A DNA stretch of 64,000 nucleotides from Nemertoderma westbladi (taxonomy: Eukaryota > Animalia > Xenacoelomorpha), in the NCBI GenBank assembly GCA_032718475.1, contig JAUCBJ010003970.1:1-64000 (forward strand), written 5' to 3'. The notes below the pieces were generated by a model that was given only the letters and a program-made list of their open reading frames with translations, ran no database searches and was not told the DNA's origin. The translations under genes were made by a program, and so were the position numbers. Shown here one piece after another: positions 26,194-38,772 of this stretch (position 1 is the first letter of the stretch; each line of letters begins with the position of its first letter).

Positions 26194-27819
26194 CGATGCA
26201 CCATACCCACTTACGTGTATTGTATTGTTTATTTTGAACATAATTTCGTAAACGATGTATAATAATAAATAATAATAATAAACAACATGAATAATGTAAA
26301 AAAACCCGCGGAGAAACTCGTTGAGCGGACCAAAATATGAATTTATAATATAATTCAGCAAAAGTTTTTAGAAATGTACTGAAGATTACGAGAGTAAAAG
26401 TAATATTAATTGAAACTATGATGCATTGCCTAGTAATAGTTATATGATTGTAAAGAAACTAATATAAAAACCAAAAAAAAAAAAACCGAAACGATAATTT
26501 TATTGCAAACTCCAAAATACATATAAATGGGTTGGATTGCGTTTACACTTCCGGTATCCCATATGTGTGTTGTATATTTGTTTTTAAGGGATGTAAAATG
26601 TGTGTTTTCCATTTTTGAAACAGTTTATGATCAATAAGGGGTAGACTGTTGATGGTTGATAATCAACTGATATACTAGGCTACTGTACGTTGTTTTCTCA
26701 ACTGATGAAATGTGTAAGCTACAAACCGTGCTGGAAATCTTTAAAAAATGTCGGTGTTTCACATACGACAATTGTTTTTTTTTTTTTATCTATATACTGT
26801 AGTAGGGTAGGTATGGTAGCCTATAGTGTTGTCATAAGGTGGGTCTCAGCGCCATCTAGTAAGGAATAAACGCATTATGTTGTAAGAATTTATTTCTTAT
26901 TCTTTCTGCTTTTTATTTACATCGTCGTTGCCATGGTCCTCTGTGGGGGGGGGGGGGGGGGGGGGGGGGGGGTCGGTTGCTCGTTTTTTTTTATTACTTA
27001 TTATAATAAATAGCGTTCACACATACTCTAACTGTACCATAGTGCAGGAAACACCGCCTTCTCAAAGTATTCAGTAATTAAAGTCATGAACTGCAAACTT
27101 GTGACGTCGAAATACAATAATGTAGATTTCGTTTAAAGAAACATCCTTTCTAAAATTAAAACTATTACGGTTAAAAATTGCAATAGTATTATTATACCTA
27201 CATATAAATTAATAGCTCAAATAATTAGAGCTGCACCAATTTAAAGCAAGTGGTTTATAGCAATAAATTACAATCCCTAATCATCTCTAAACAAAGTTTA
27301 CCCAGTGAAATGTAGCCCTACATAAACCTTTGTTTTAATACGTAAGTAAACTAGGGCCTATCTATATACACGTCGGAATAAAGTATAAAATTAAAAATAA
27401 ATGAATAGAAAATTTATACTGTTCGGACGAATGGTCATAATGCTTAAAACTGTCATTGGAATAATTAGCTAAAAAAAATATATATTTCTAAAAAATAAAA
27501 TGGTGAGATTATTAAAAGGTCACTAATAGTTGAGTCAATATAGCAAAAAACCCATAAGCAAAAAACCCATAAGCAAAAAACACATATTTTGGATTCTACA
27601 TATGCCTTGTAAATGTCCAAAAAAGTATATAAAATTTTATTTTGCGGATCATATGTTTAATTTTTGTTTATTTATGGAAATTCAGCGTAAATTTGCATAA
27701 CACAAGCAAATTTCAGGAACAGTATAAGGGAAAGAGTAAGCAACAAGCTGTGATTTAATGGGAAATTAGTAATATTTACACTGGCGTGTTACACATTAAT
27801 TGCTTTTAATTGCTAGTTT

Positions 27820-28140
27820 AGGCCCGTTTTCGCGTTTTTTTTTATGTGCGGTATTCTGAGCTTTTTTTGAGCTTTTTTTCAATCTTGTTTTGTTACGCCT
27901 TTTCTAACGTTCAGTTAAAATGAAGATTTAATATGAATGTTCTAGAATTAGATAATTATGATATTCGACCCATTTTATGAGCTGTTTTTCAAGCTTTTTT
28001 TGGATATATATTCTATATTTTAGGTTTTAACATTCCAAAATTCTCAGATTCATCTTAAAGCAATTAATTTCTAGAAATTGTTTTAACTAAAAAAAAAGCT
28101 TGAAATGAAGCTTATAAAAAAGTAGCGCGGGAAGGGGCCT
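27820..28140. mobile_element. Possible old Harbinger-like MITE
   Basis: AGGCCCGTTTTCGCG ... CGCGGGAAGGGGCCT imperfect TIRs with T-rich and A-rich subterminal regions. Confidence 0.4.
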
Positions 28141-28835
28141 TATCAAGAAGTCGTATCGAATTTTTAAATAGGGGCCTATTGAATATGAAAAGTTACTGAT
28201 ATATTAAGTTAACTGATGCAAAAAAAATTATATAATTGCGTGGAATGTAATAATTTCCATTAATGTTAGCCAAGGTTTTTCACAATAAAATTGTGATTGC
28301 TCTATTGATTTAGGTGTAATTAATTTATTTGTTTTAGTTTAAAAATCACGATAGTTTATCATATGGAGGGGTATCTTTGGGAATAAAGGTTTTTGGGGTC
28401 GACAAATCTGATGGGCGGGGTTTCCCTGGGTTACATACCCCCTTTTTGTAAAGAAGTAGTGTTAATAAGCTTCCCGTTTTGTACCAGCCAAACTGGTAGT
28501 AAAAATCAGGTAATTATTATACAAATTTGTTCCGGAAACTAAATTGGTAACTATCTAGTAGTGCATAGTTCAGTCAATCGCTAGTCATTGGACTAAAGTT
28601 TGTCTACGCCAAGTATATATGGTGAAATCCCACCAAATAGTTGCCTTGTTGCTATGTAAAATCCATGTTGCTAAGGAAAGAAACATGATATTATAATATG
28701 TTTTTCTAGACATTTTTGGAGGAATTAACAAGGTAATTTAGAATAAAAAATTGGTTTGGTTGAATTATGAATTTGTTACGGGTTGACCCCTTTTTGGCTA
28801 GATTGACTCGCCTATCACGACGTTTGTACTATACG

Positions 28836-29296
28836 CTAATTATTTAACTTCTGAAGAAGTACCTTTGGAAATATGTTTGAATTCCAAAAATCTCTACATC
28901 GTGTCATAATATTTGATATATAATCTTTATCATATTGAATCTCCTTTATGGTAACCTGTTTATTGTCTTCGAAGTGGGGGCTTGCAATGCATAACAATCC
29001 CTTTTGTTTATGTGCAAAATGCATTTGCAGTTGGATCTGGGCGAAGGGTCGAGGACGAACTACGCCATCCTTCATGTAACTGAGAACAGTTTCCTCCTTA
29101 GTTGGGCATTTGATCTCGACTGTATATTCTTTTAGTAAACCGTCGGGCGAGGCTCCAAATATTGGATCCTCTGGCATCAACAGCAGCCCGCAAGGTAGAA
29201 CCGCCTCTTTGTATTTCTCCCCTATAACCCGTAACACATCGGGTTCCAACCTCAAGCCTCTCCGCGTTGCCTCATTTCCTTTGAAATTGTCCTTTC
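28836..29296 (-). CDS. YqaJ/lambda-exonuclease-like PD-(D/E)xK nuclease, exon 3 (catalytic core)
   Basis: Acceptor ccgcag at 29297-29298; GLRLEP, CGLLL..PIFGASPDG, VEIKCP and QIQLQM motifs; stop TAG. Confidence 0.9.
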
Positions 29297-29410
29297 CTGC
29301 GGATACACGATGTTGTGACAGGATGTATTGTGTATTATTTTAATTTAATTGAGAAATAAAGTAATTATTCTAAAACAGCATTATTTTAAATATAATACCT
29401 ATAGTTAGGT

Positions 29411-29648
29411 GAGACAGGGGGGGGGGGGGGGGGGGGAACTCGACGCAAAACCCACCTTGGCGAATTAATATCCCGCCTCAATGTTAAATTCTCAATTTAG
29501 GGAAAGGAGCAGGTTACAGTGGCACGTTATTTTAACCAAAACAATAAACTAAACACAATAGAACAGGTTACAGTTTTATTATTGAGAGTAATCAGCTGTT
29601 ATTTGCGTCGAATTTCCCCTGGAGAGGGATGCATTTTTATTGCGTCCA
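29411..29648 (+). mobile_element. MITE family A copy inside nuclease intron 2
   Basis: Close match to the reverse complement of 40689-40917. Confidence 0.85.
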
Positions 29649-29649
29649 G

Positions 29650-29926
29650 TTTTTTTTGTTTTAGATGTAAAAAAATGTCTAAAAATGCCTGGGTTTCTGA
29701 AATGTAACAGAAATGTAGATCAGCACTTCAAATGCTAAAAGTTTTATTTTAAACAGAGAAACTACCTATATCACTACCTAACTCAGATAGGGGATCTATT
29801 AATATACGTAGTTTCTCTGTTTAAAATAAAACTTTTAGCATTTGAAGTGCTGATCAACTGTAGGCCTACTGTTATATTTCAGAAACCCAGGCATTTTAGA
29901 CATTTTTTGGCATCTAAAACAAAAAA
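29650..29926. repeat. Foldback/hairpin with ~120-bp arms
   Basis: ...GATCAGCACTTCAAATGCTAAAAGTTTTATTTTAAACAGAGAAACTAC mirrored at ~29807-29855, with outer arms continuing. Confidence 0.85.
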
Positions 29927-30014
29927 TTGTAAGTGTGGAAGTCCATATTCTGGTGACTAAATACCAGAATACGGGAAAAAAATAAAAGAGCTATATGAAT
30001 GTATCTAAACTAAC

Positions 30015-30231
30015 CAAGGATTTTATCAACCAATGTTCCGTTAGAAGTTTTACATCTAGACGTCTCGTGTAACTTAGAGGCGGTGACTCTCCCGTACCGA
30101 CATTGGAACCAAAGAGGACTACTACTCTGACCTTTCGTAGCCTCGCAAACAGCCTCGCAAATATCGGCTGTCATTGATGACGTCGCAAATTCAATATAAC
30201 TTGCTGGCGTAAGTAAATCAACTTTTTTCTC
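30015..30231 (-). CDS. YqaJ-like nuclease, exon 2 (absent from the ORF track)
   Basis: tacag|GAG AAA...CTT G|gttagt; EKKVDLL...ATKGQSSSPLWFQCRYGRVTASKLHETSRCKTSNGTLVDKIL carries the T.GQ...W...R.GR.TAS motif; phase 1 joins exon 3 in frame. Confidence 0.88.
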
Positions 30232-30371
30232 CTGTATAATGACAATAAACTCATTGAACTCAGTGTGTCTGGTGTATCCGTACTACTGTGGTTCCTTAAC
30301 ATATAAGATGTAGGCCATACCCCGATATAATGTTAGTAATGTAATATGAGAATACATTACTTACAACACTA

Positions 30372-30945
30372 CAGTACATTACTAACAACACTACATTACT
30401 AACAACACTACATTACTAACAACACTACATTACTAACAACACTACATTACTAACAACATTACATTACTAACAACATTACATTTCTAACAACACTACATTA
30501 CTAACAACACTACATTACTAACAACACTACATTACTAACAACACTACATTACTAACAACACTACATTACTAACAACACTACATTACTAGCAACACTACAT
30601 TACTAACAACACTACATTACTAACAACACTACATTACTAACAACACTACATTACTAACAACACTACATTACTAACAACACTACATTACTAACAACACTAC
30701 ATTACTAGCAACACTACATTACTAACAACACTACATTACTAACAACACTACAATACTAACAACACTAGATTACTAACATAACTACATTACTAACAACACT
30801 ACATTACTAACAACACTACATTACTAGCAACACTACATTACTAACAACACTACATTACTAACAACACTACATTACTAACAACACTACATTACTAACAACA
30901 CTACATTACTAACAACACTACATTACTAACAACACTACATTACTA
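30372..30945. repeat. 17-bp minisatellite, ~33 copies
   Basis: Unit CTACATTACTAACAACA. Confidence 0.95.
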
Positions 30946-30946
30946 A

Positions 30947-31181
30947 AGGCCATGATACACCACAGGAGCGGCGAGCGGCAGCGGCGAGCGGCCGCGGCAA
31001 GCGGCCACTTTTTAAAAATAGAACACATTATTTTCTATGGGTGATGATACACCACAAATGGCCGCTGCCGCTCGCCGCTCCTCTGGTGTTTCATAACTAA
31101 AGTCGCCGCTCACATCACATCGGCCGCTCGCCGCGGCCGCCCGTCGCTGCCGCTCGCCGCTCCTGTGGTGTATCATGGCCT
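30947..31181. mobile_element. PIF/Harbinger (Tourist-like) MITE
   Basis: Long GC-rich TIR AGGCCATGATACACCACAGGAGCGGCGAGCGGCAGCG; TAA TSD at 30944-30946 and 31182-31184. Confidence 0.88.
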
Positions 31182-32156
31182 TAACACTAATTAGCTAACA
31201 AGTTGTTGTTCAACTTAGATCAGATGCTTGGAAATTTGTTTAAACTGGATAACATGCGTTACAACTAAGAATCCACTATTCTGCACTAATGCACTACACA
31301 AAATTTAAATGCACTATTAGCTTTAACAGTACCCTACAATAAATAATTAGAACTCCGGGTGGGATGAAGAGAAGACCCCGCAATGCCCGCCAGGTATCGC
31401 TTCTGTATCAGTCCTTGTTACATATTTCAATATAGCCCGTACAGAAGGTAAGGTTGCTTTTATTTATTTTGTTGTTCTGGATTTATCTCAAGTTAGCTCA
31501 CAATTTAGACTGGGTTCGATCCTGGTCTGGTTTTGTGACTTTTTTTCTTAAAGTTTAGGAAGTTTCGTTTACAGCCCGCTTGCTGGCTTTTCTTCTTAGG
31601 TCAGGGATACTTGACCCAAGGTGGGACATGACAGAACCACATTAATGTTTTTATTACTACGCAATTTACATTAATCACTAAGTCTACTACAGTAAGGGCA
31701 AATATTTATTTAAAGTATATACAGTAGGTTTCCTGAACTATTCCGGAAATACTGTAGTAATACTGTAAATAATACCAACGCCTTGTTAAGTGTTCCCTCC
31801 CCTCCAGTGTAGTTTGAAGCTTCAAATTAGAATTTAAAGATATTTAAATTTTTCAACAATTTTACTTATCCGCAAGACTCATTCATATAATTAATTACAC
31901 TAAGGTTCAATTAGTGATATTGACTGATTGAAGTCAAGTACCGGCTGACCGGTATTTATTGCAAATTGAATTCCTAATCGGTAATGGTCCGGTCAGCCGG
32001 TTGTACCTTATCAAATTAATTTCTCGAAAACTTTTCGAAATTTACTGTAGGGCCTATTATATTTTCAATTAATTTGCCCTATGGGATTGAAGTACAATTT
32101 GTATAATTTGTTAAATAAATAAATAATTCTGTAGGCTTATTAAAATAAAGTCTAAC

Positions 32157-32342
32157 CTTATTCTTGTTACAATAATTTTTAATCAGGGTATCAATTTTCA
32201 CAAATTCAGAAGCATCTTCTAGTTCTCCTTTAATAAGTAGTTTTCCAAACTTTTCTATAAGATTGTCAGGGTCTTCATTGTCGCCTCCCGCTCCCGGGGT
32301 TTTGGAATCACTTGTAGTTGCGTGAAGAGGAAGCGATGCCAT
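32157..32342 (-). CDS. Probable first coding exon of the YqaJ-like nuclease
   Basis: acaATGg start; MASLPLH...NYCNKNK|gttaga phase-0 donor is compatible with the phase-0 acceptor of exon 2; no recognised domain, so the link is inferred. Confidence 0.6.
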
Positions 32343-33167
32343 TGTTATGTAATCAAATGAAACGCAATATTATTCTGAACGGTACATATAAATTGGTAAA
32401 TTAGTTTGGATTGGAGAATCGGTTTGTCGTTTTTAAATCTTTCTGCGTCTACTTAAGCAGTGGAAAGCTCCTTTAAGGGTAGACGGAGAACAATGTTTCC
32501 TTTGTGGATACGGAAGTTTTCTGCTGAATACCTTATTCATAAATCATAACTACAGACAGATTGAAGTGAAGAATTCGTCAAGTCCTCGATATGCAGAGAA
32601 AGGAGCAGGTTACATTGGTATAATAATTTCGTCTTTTTCGTATTTTCAGGTTTTATAACCGCAATAATTTTTCTTGTCCGTTTAAATCCTTTTTTTGTCC
32701 TTTTTTTTTACTTTTATGTCCTCCAAAAATCTACCGTTAGGTTCCTTGCTACCGGTTTCTCTACTGCTGTTCTCTTAGGCTATAAGTACCGGTATTAGTA
32801 TATAGAGCACTATTTTGCAGTATTGCATTGTATGTAGGTATAAAGCATATGCCTTAGAAATAATTATACTGTCTGACTGTATTATACCACATTACAGCAT
32901 TAGGTACTGACTCACTGATACTGTAATATGTACAGTTGTAAATATGATAGGCCTAATTGAGCTGAATTGTGATAAGTCCATACTATAGGCTTAAGTCGTT
33001 TTGTTTTATTCACTGTTCAACTTTCTCCTGTTTTATTATGTGCAGTTTTGTTTATACGCTTCTATGACAGCGGGTCTCCACCCACATAATATAATAATAA
33101 TAATGATAAAGGTAATTTATTAATTACGGTAATTTCAGAATTTTAGTATCGGTACCGGATTTACATA

Positions 33168-33935
33168 GTTTATTGTTATGTTCATGATATAGTTTATTGT
33201 TTTGGTTAGAAAATCCCGCCTCTGTAACCCGCTCCTTTCCCTCAATTAGTTAAATGATCGCGTTTATTGTTTTGGTTAGAAAATCCCGCCTCTGTAACCT
33301 GCTCCTTTCCCTGATTTGGTAAAGTGACCGTTTATTGTTTTGGTTAGAAAGGCCCGCCTCTGTAACCTGCTCCTTTCCTTCATTTGGTAAAGTGACTGTT
33401 TATTGTTTTGGTTAGAAAATCCCGCCTCTGTAACCCGCCCCTTTCCCTCAATTAGTTAAATGATCGTTTATTGTTTTGGTTAGAAAATCCCGCCTCTGTA
33501 ACCTGCTCCTTTCCCTCAATTAGTTAAGTGATCGTTTATTGTTTTGGTTAGAAAATCTCGCCTCTGTAACCTGCTCCTTTCCCTGATTTGGTAAAGTGAT
33601 CGTTTATTATTGTTTTGGTTAGAAAAGCCCGCCTCTTTAACCTGCTCCTTTCCTTCAATTGGTAATGTTATCGTTTATTGTTTTGGTTAGAAAAGACCAT
33701 CTATGTAACCTGCTCCTTTCATTCATTTGGTAAAGTGATTGTTTATTGTTTTGGTTAGAAAATCCCGCCTCTGTAACCTGCTCCTTTCCCTGATTTGGTA
33801 AAGTGACTGTTTAATGTTTTGGTTAGAAAGGCTAGCCTCTGTAACCTGATCCTTTCCTTTATTTGGTAAAGTGACCGTTTATTGTTTTGGTTAGAAAATC
33901 CGGCCTTAACCTGCTCCTTTCCATCAATTGGTAAT
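33168..33935. repeat. ~61-bp tandem array (~12 copies) of the shared module
   Basis: GTTTATTGTTTTGGTTAGAAAATCCCGCCTCTGTAACCTGCTCCTTTCCCT... repeated. Confidence 0.92.
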
Positions 33936-34204
33936 TGTTTTTGGCTATAAAATGAGTGTTTTGCTACGTCATGTGGTAATCGATTATCGACAACAACCAC
34001 AAACTATTAAATTTAGAGTCTTTTACCACACTGCCACAGGCGCATATGGCAATCTAGCTCATAGTCTATAAATCATGGAATTTTGAATGTTTTGGCACAG
34101 ACATAGTGAAACCAACTGTCCGACAGACCAGAAATCAACAAATTTTGAATGTTTTGGCATAGGCATGTTGAAATCAACTGTCTGACACTCCAGAAATCAG
34201 CAGT

Positions 34205-34535
34205 CTGACAGTTTGAAGAAATACATACATAAAAAGTCATTAAAAGGACAATAAAAGTCATTAAAGGGACAACAAAAGTCATTATGCACAATTCGTAAAA
34301 AAATGAGGACAAAAAAGTCAAATAAAAGGACATAAAAAATCACTGCCTTTTATAACTATCCTGGGGTAAATCTTTTCGACCTACGCGTAGCTACGCTGTT
34401 TTTAAGAGCAGCGATTTCTGTATGACCGTTCTTTTGACTTTTTTGTCCACATTTATTTACGAATTTACCATAATGAATTTTGTTGTCCGCTCAATGACTT
34501 TTTATGTATGGACGCATTTGTTCGTCAAACTGTCA
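34205..34535. mobile_element. Old TIR element
   Basis: TGACAGTTTGAAGAA...ATACATAAAAAGTCATT mirrored by AATGACTTTTTATGTAT...TCAAACTGTCA. Confidence 0.5.
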
Positions 34536-34754
34536 TTAGAGTAAAGTTTGTCTGTCCCAATTTGGAGTAAGTCCCACCAATCTGCCAATAGACCCCTTGT
34601 TGCTATGTAAAATCCATGTTGCTAAGAAAATAAACAGTAAATTGAAGGTGATCCACATACTTTATTTTATAGACTTTTTTGGGTGGTATTATCAAGGTAG
34701 GCTAAATATGGAATTAACAAATTGGTTTGGATGTGCGAATTTGTTATTGGTTAA

Positions 34755-35420
34755 CCCCCCCTCCTTGCTGGGTGAGCCAAAATTTTTATTTTTGTTTTCA
34801 TTCTTTAGCTACAAGCATTTGAAAAAGGTGTCTACGTCGATATTGAACATGTTACACTTCGGTTATTCTTCAATCATATAGTGATTTATATGTACAGTTA
34901 GATAGCAAATGGATTCCAAATATGTATCGCAATCTGAATTTCCTCGTAAAATAGCTTAGATATGGGTGTTCGAATGTTGCATGGTTATTTTAGGCTATTT
35001 TATTCTATTTAATACCATATTCTAGAACATATTGTTTATTCCATACGTAGCTGGGCAACAATGCAATAACTCTATAATAAAATATTCTGTAGCTATTCAT
35101 AAATAAACAAAGTGCTCCAGAATATTGTTTATTTGTTAAATAGAATAAAATAACCTCTCGCAGGCGCATAACCATGCACTTTCGAACGCTCATATCTTAG
35201 CTATTTTACGACGAAATTCAGATTGTGATACACATTTGGTATCCTTGCATGGCCAGCTTTCTAACTGTAGGCCTACCAACAAATCATATAAGATTGGAGA
35301 ATAACTGCAGTGTAACTTGTTCAATATCGATGGAGACACCTTTTTCAAACACTTGTTGCTAAAGAGCTAAAGAATGAAAGCAAAAAAAAATTCTGGTACA
35401 CCCACTAAGGAGGAGGGAGG
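34755..35420. mobile_element. Foldback element with ~235-bp imperfect arms
   Basis: ~34755-34990 is the reverse complement of ~35168-35420 (e.g. TTTGAAAAAGGTGTCT / AGACACCTTTTTCAAA). Confidence 0.8.
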
Positions 35421-36202
35421 TGAAACTGCCTCTGTTTCAAATTTCATACAATCTCATTACGATTTGTAGAAAAATTTGGGAGGGGGGGGGGGGGGGTGGG
35501 GGTTGGGCAGGTATCTGAATAAACACACTATATTCCAGGACGTGGTGTATATGGGAAAGATCTAAGTTCACCCAAGATCTAAGTTCGTTCAGGATCTAAG
35601 GTGATCTAGCAGTCTCGGATCTAAAGCAGGGGAACCGCCTGTAGGTAGGCCTATTCTATATTCAGATATTCTCCAGGCTAATTTCCTGATTACAGAATAA
35701 GGAATTGTAACGGTTGGACGTCTATGCTGCTATGTCTGTCTGTATGTATGTGTAATCTGGTAATGCAGTACTGCAGTACCGGTACCAAGACCGACTGTGA
35801 CTGACCATTATTGGCGTAATACTGTAATAGGCCTACCAATACTGCTGTACTGTAATATGGACCGGCTGACTGGTGCACGGTGATGCCTCGATAACCAACT
35901 GTCTGACAATCTGACCGTCAGCTGTCAGCAGACCAGCAAACCGTAACTAAAACTATTGACTGATTGAACTACCCCTATACCCAATCTGCCAATCCAACCC
36001 CAACCCAAACCCAGCTGCCAGCAACCGCCTGAACGGGGACCGCTGAGCTGCTGAGACCCTTGCAGCCTTGCACCTTGCGTACTCCTGTACTCCAGCATCC
36101 AGTACTCCAAACAGCCATACTCGCGCAGGTACCGCGCGGTTCCGGTCCGGTTTCAGGTCTGTCTGTCTGTGGTCTGTCGGTATCAGGATTGTGAAAGGTG
36201 CA

Positions 36203-36257
36203 ATGGAAAAGAAGCTGGAAAAAGAAATCTTATTCGATTATGATGTAAAAGTTAAAG
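36203..36257 (+). CDS. SRGAP: SLIT-ROBO Rho GAP (srGAP) first coding exon
   Basis: MEKKLEKEILFDYDVKVK-G|gtaggt resembles the vertebrate srGAP N-terminus KKDKEIIAEYE.Q.KE; phase 1 joins the exon at 58522. Confidence 0.8.
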
Positions 36258-36828
36258 GTAGGTCAGGCTGTCAGGGTCATGGTGAAATGACATTTCTACT
36301 TCTGTAGGCTGGTAGGCCTACTTATCCTGTTATCGGCTTATTTCTTTGTCAGTTTGTTGGCAACATTGATCTATTCCTGTATGCTGTATTCGTATTTGTA
36401 TAAACTATGACAACAAACAGACAAACGGGACTGGTTAATGGCTGAATGGGACCCTCCTGAATGCAGACAGTTTTCTGCATTTTTTGCAATTTTCAGCTTT
36501 TGTTTTATCGTTTGTTTTACAAACGTATGTTTTACAGTTTGTTTTGGTTTCTTCTGGCTACCACTGTAACCTCTGAACTGAACCTGCTCCTTTACTTTTC
36601 ATTTTTTTTTGTGATTTGGTGTGATTTGTTCTGTTGTTGTGATTCTGAAATCAGCACTCAGGTGTCAGGCTGTCAGGAGGGTCCCCTCCCCTATCCTGTC
36701 AGCCTGTTGTGCTTTTTCTTAACCAGTGCCCAACCTGCCAACAAACTGACAAAGGCTGAAAGGTTATTGGACTCGGGTCTATCGTCAGATCGTTATTCGT
36801 TCCCTAAGTCAGTAAGTGTGATGTGACA

Positions 36829-37386
36829 GACCGAACGTAATCAGATCGACAGACAGACAGATCGAATGTAACATAATTTTTACGAATCGAACGTAACCTC
36901 AATTATGTTACATTGGATCCTATAACTACAGAACTATGTTACATTCGATCTACAAATTACTAAGCCCGAATGTAACATATATTTATTTATTTTGTGTTTT
37001 GTTGATTTCAGGAGTTAACCGATGAAATGCTTCCTTTATTTACAGGAAGAAACTAGTTTAGTGAGTACAAAACAAAGACCCAAGACCCAATTAAGTAACC
37101 TGCATAATCTTGTACCATACAGTATGTCAGTACCGTATGTGTTAACTTTCGTTTATTGTTTTGGTTCCCCCAATGCACAATGCCCAACACGCCTTTGTAA
37201 CATAGGCCTACTCCTTTCTGCCTTTAGCTTTAAATGGCAATGTTACATTCGGGCATAGTAATTTGTAGATCGAATGTGACATACCGGTAGTCAGATAGTT
37301 ATAGGATCCAACAGTCCAATATAACATAATTGCGGTTATGTTCGATACGTAATAACTGTTACATTCGATACTGATTACGTTCGGTC
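36829..37386. mobile_element. TIR element with long subterminal inverted repeats
   Basis: GACCGAACGTAATCAG ... CTGATTACGTTCGGTC; mirrored GAATGTAACAT / ATGTTACATTCG motifs. Confidence 0.75.
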
Positions 37387-38772
37387 ATGTATCCGTTGCC
37401 TAACCCCGTAAGCCCGTCGTGTAGGCCTAGGTTATTTGCAACTTGATCACTTGCTGACTTGTACAACACTGTCTGACTGTACAGTATTTTAACTTTGCTA
37501 TTTATGGAATCGGTTATCTTTGGAAATTTGTAATAGAAGAACTTATATTTTTGAAATTAGTAATGTTTGTTTTTTAAATATCGTAAATTATTTTGCGATA
37601 ACTTGATGTAATAATTTTAAATCCCTTGTATTTTTAATGTGTGTTGTAAATATAAGTTTGTAATAATTAATTAGTATTTGTATTTAAATAATGTGCAGAA
37701 CTATATATTTGATTACGATGCCCTCTGCATGACTAATGTTAGAAGGGGGCACGTTAATAAGCCATTATTATTATTATTATTATATTGTTGAGAAGTCAAA
37801 CAACTCGTGAAATTTTGCTTTTGTTAAGCAGATTATAAAAGTGGCTTCTACCTGTCTACCGTAGGCTACTGCATACTGCTTTTCAAGTGGCATATTACAG
37901 TATTATAAAAGTGACCAATGAGAATGACCAGAGATAATGACCTGACCATCTGTTACACTTATATCTGTTCTGATGCACATGAGCTGTAGCGCAGCATCAG
38001 CCTTCACAGCTTCATGCAGTGCACCAATTGCTGATGCCATGATAATTGATAAAGGGATGGTCTACAGCTAAAGTTGAAAGTTGCAGAACTGACTGACTGA
38101 CAAGCAGTCACTCTCACTCACGTAGTCAGTTGCACTTGCCAGTTCAGCAGTTTGCAGTTCAGAGGGTTCGGCAGTTCCTCGTAATCAGGTTGAAAAAATT
38201 CCCGCCCTCTACGCTCGCTAGGCGCCTTTGAGATGGTTTTTCTCGTTTTACCATTTACATCACATCACGTTGGCTTGGGCTTGGCTGGTTCCATGCTACC
38301 ATGTTAATTTTATGTTTTACTTTTAATGTGTACCGGTACCGGCTGATCAGTACCGCGGTAGGTGCCAGATGGTAGGCTACGTAGTTCATACTCTTCTTCT
38401 GGCTGTTTGGTATTATTGCAATATTGCTATGTCAATATTGGATGAGATTCACTTTACACTAACCGACTAAACCACTAAACACAATGCCAATATTGACTTG
38501 ACACTAAATGTCAATATAACTTTTGTAACTTTCAGTCCAATCAAACATATTATATTGGTCTACCGGTACCTGTGAGGATTTGGTAAAGATAATATTCATG
38601 GTTTTTACTATTTTCTGTCTAAAGGACACATTCTGTTTACAAAAACAAATTTTATAGGTTAGCATACTCCTACCAGCACCATGAATTTTCAACGCTGTCC
38701 AAAACAAAGACTTATTTTTTGCTAAAAACATATAAGATAATTTTCAGATCTAATGAAAAACTGTAGGCTAGG

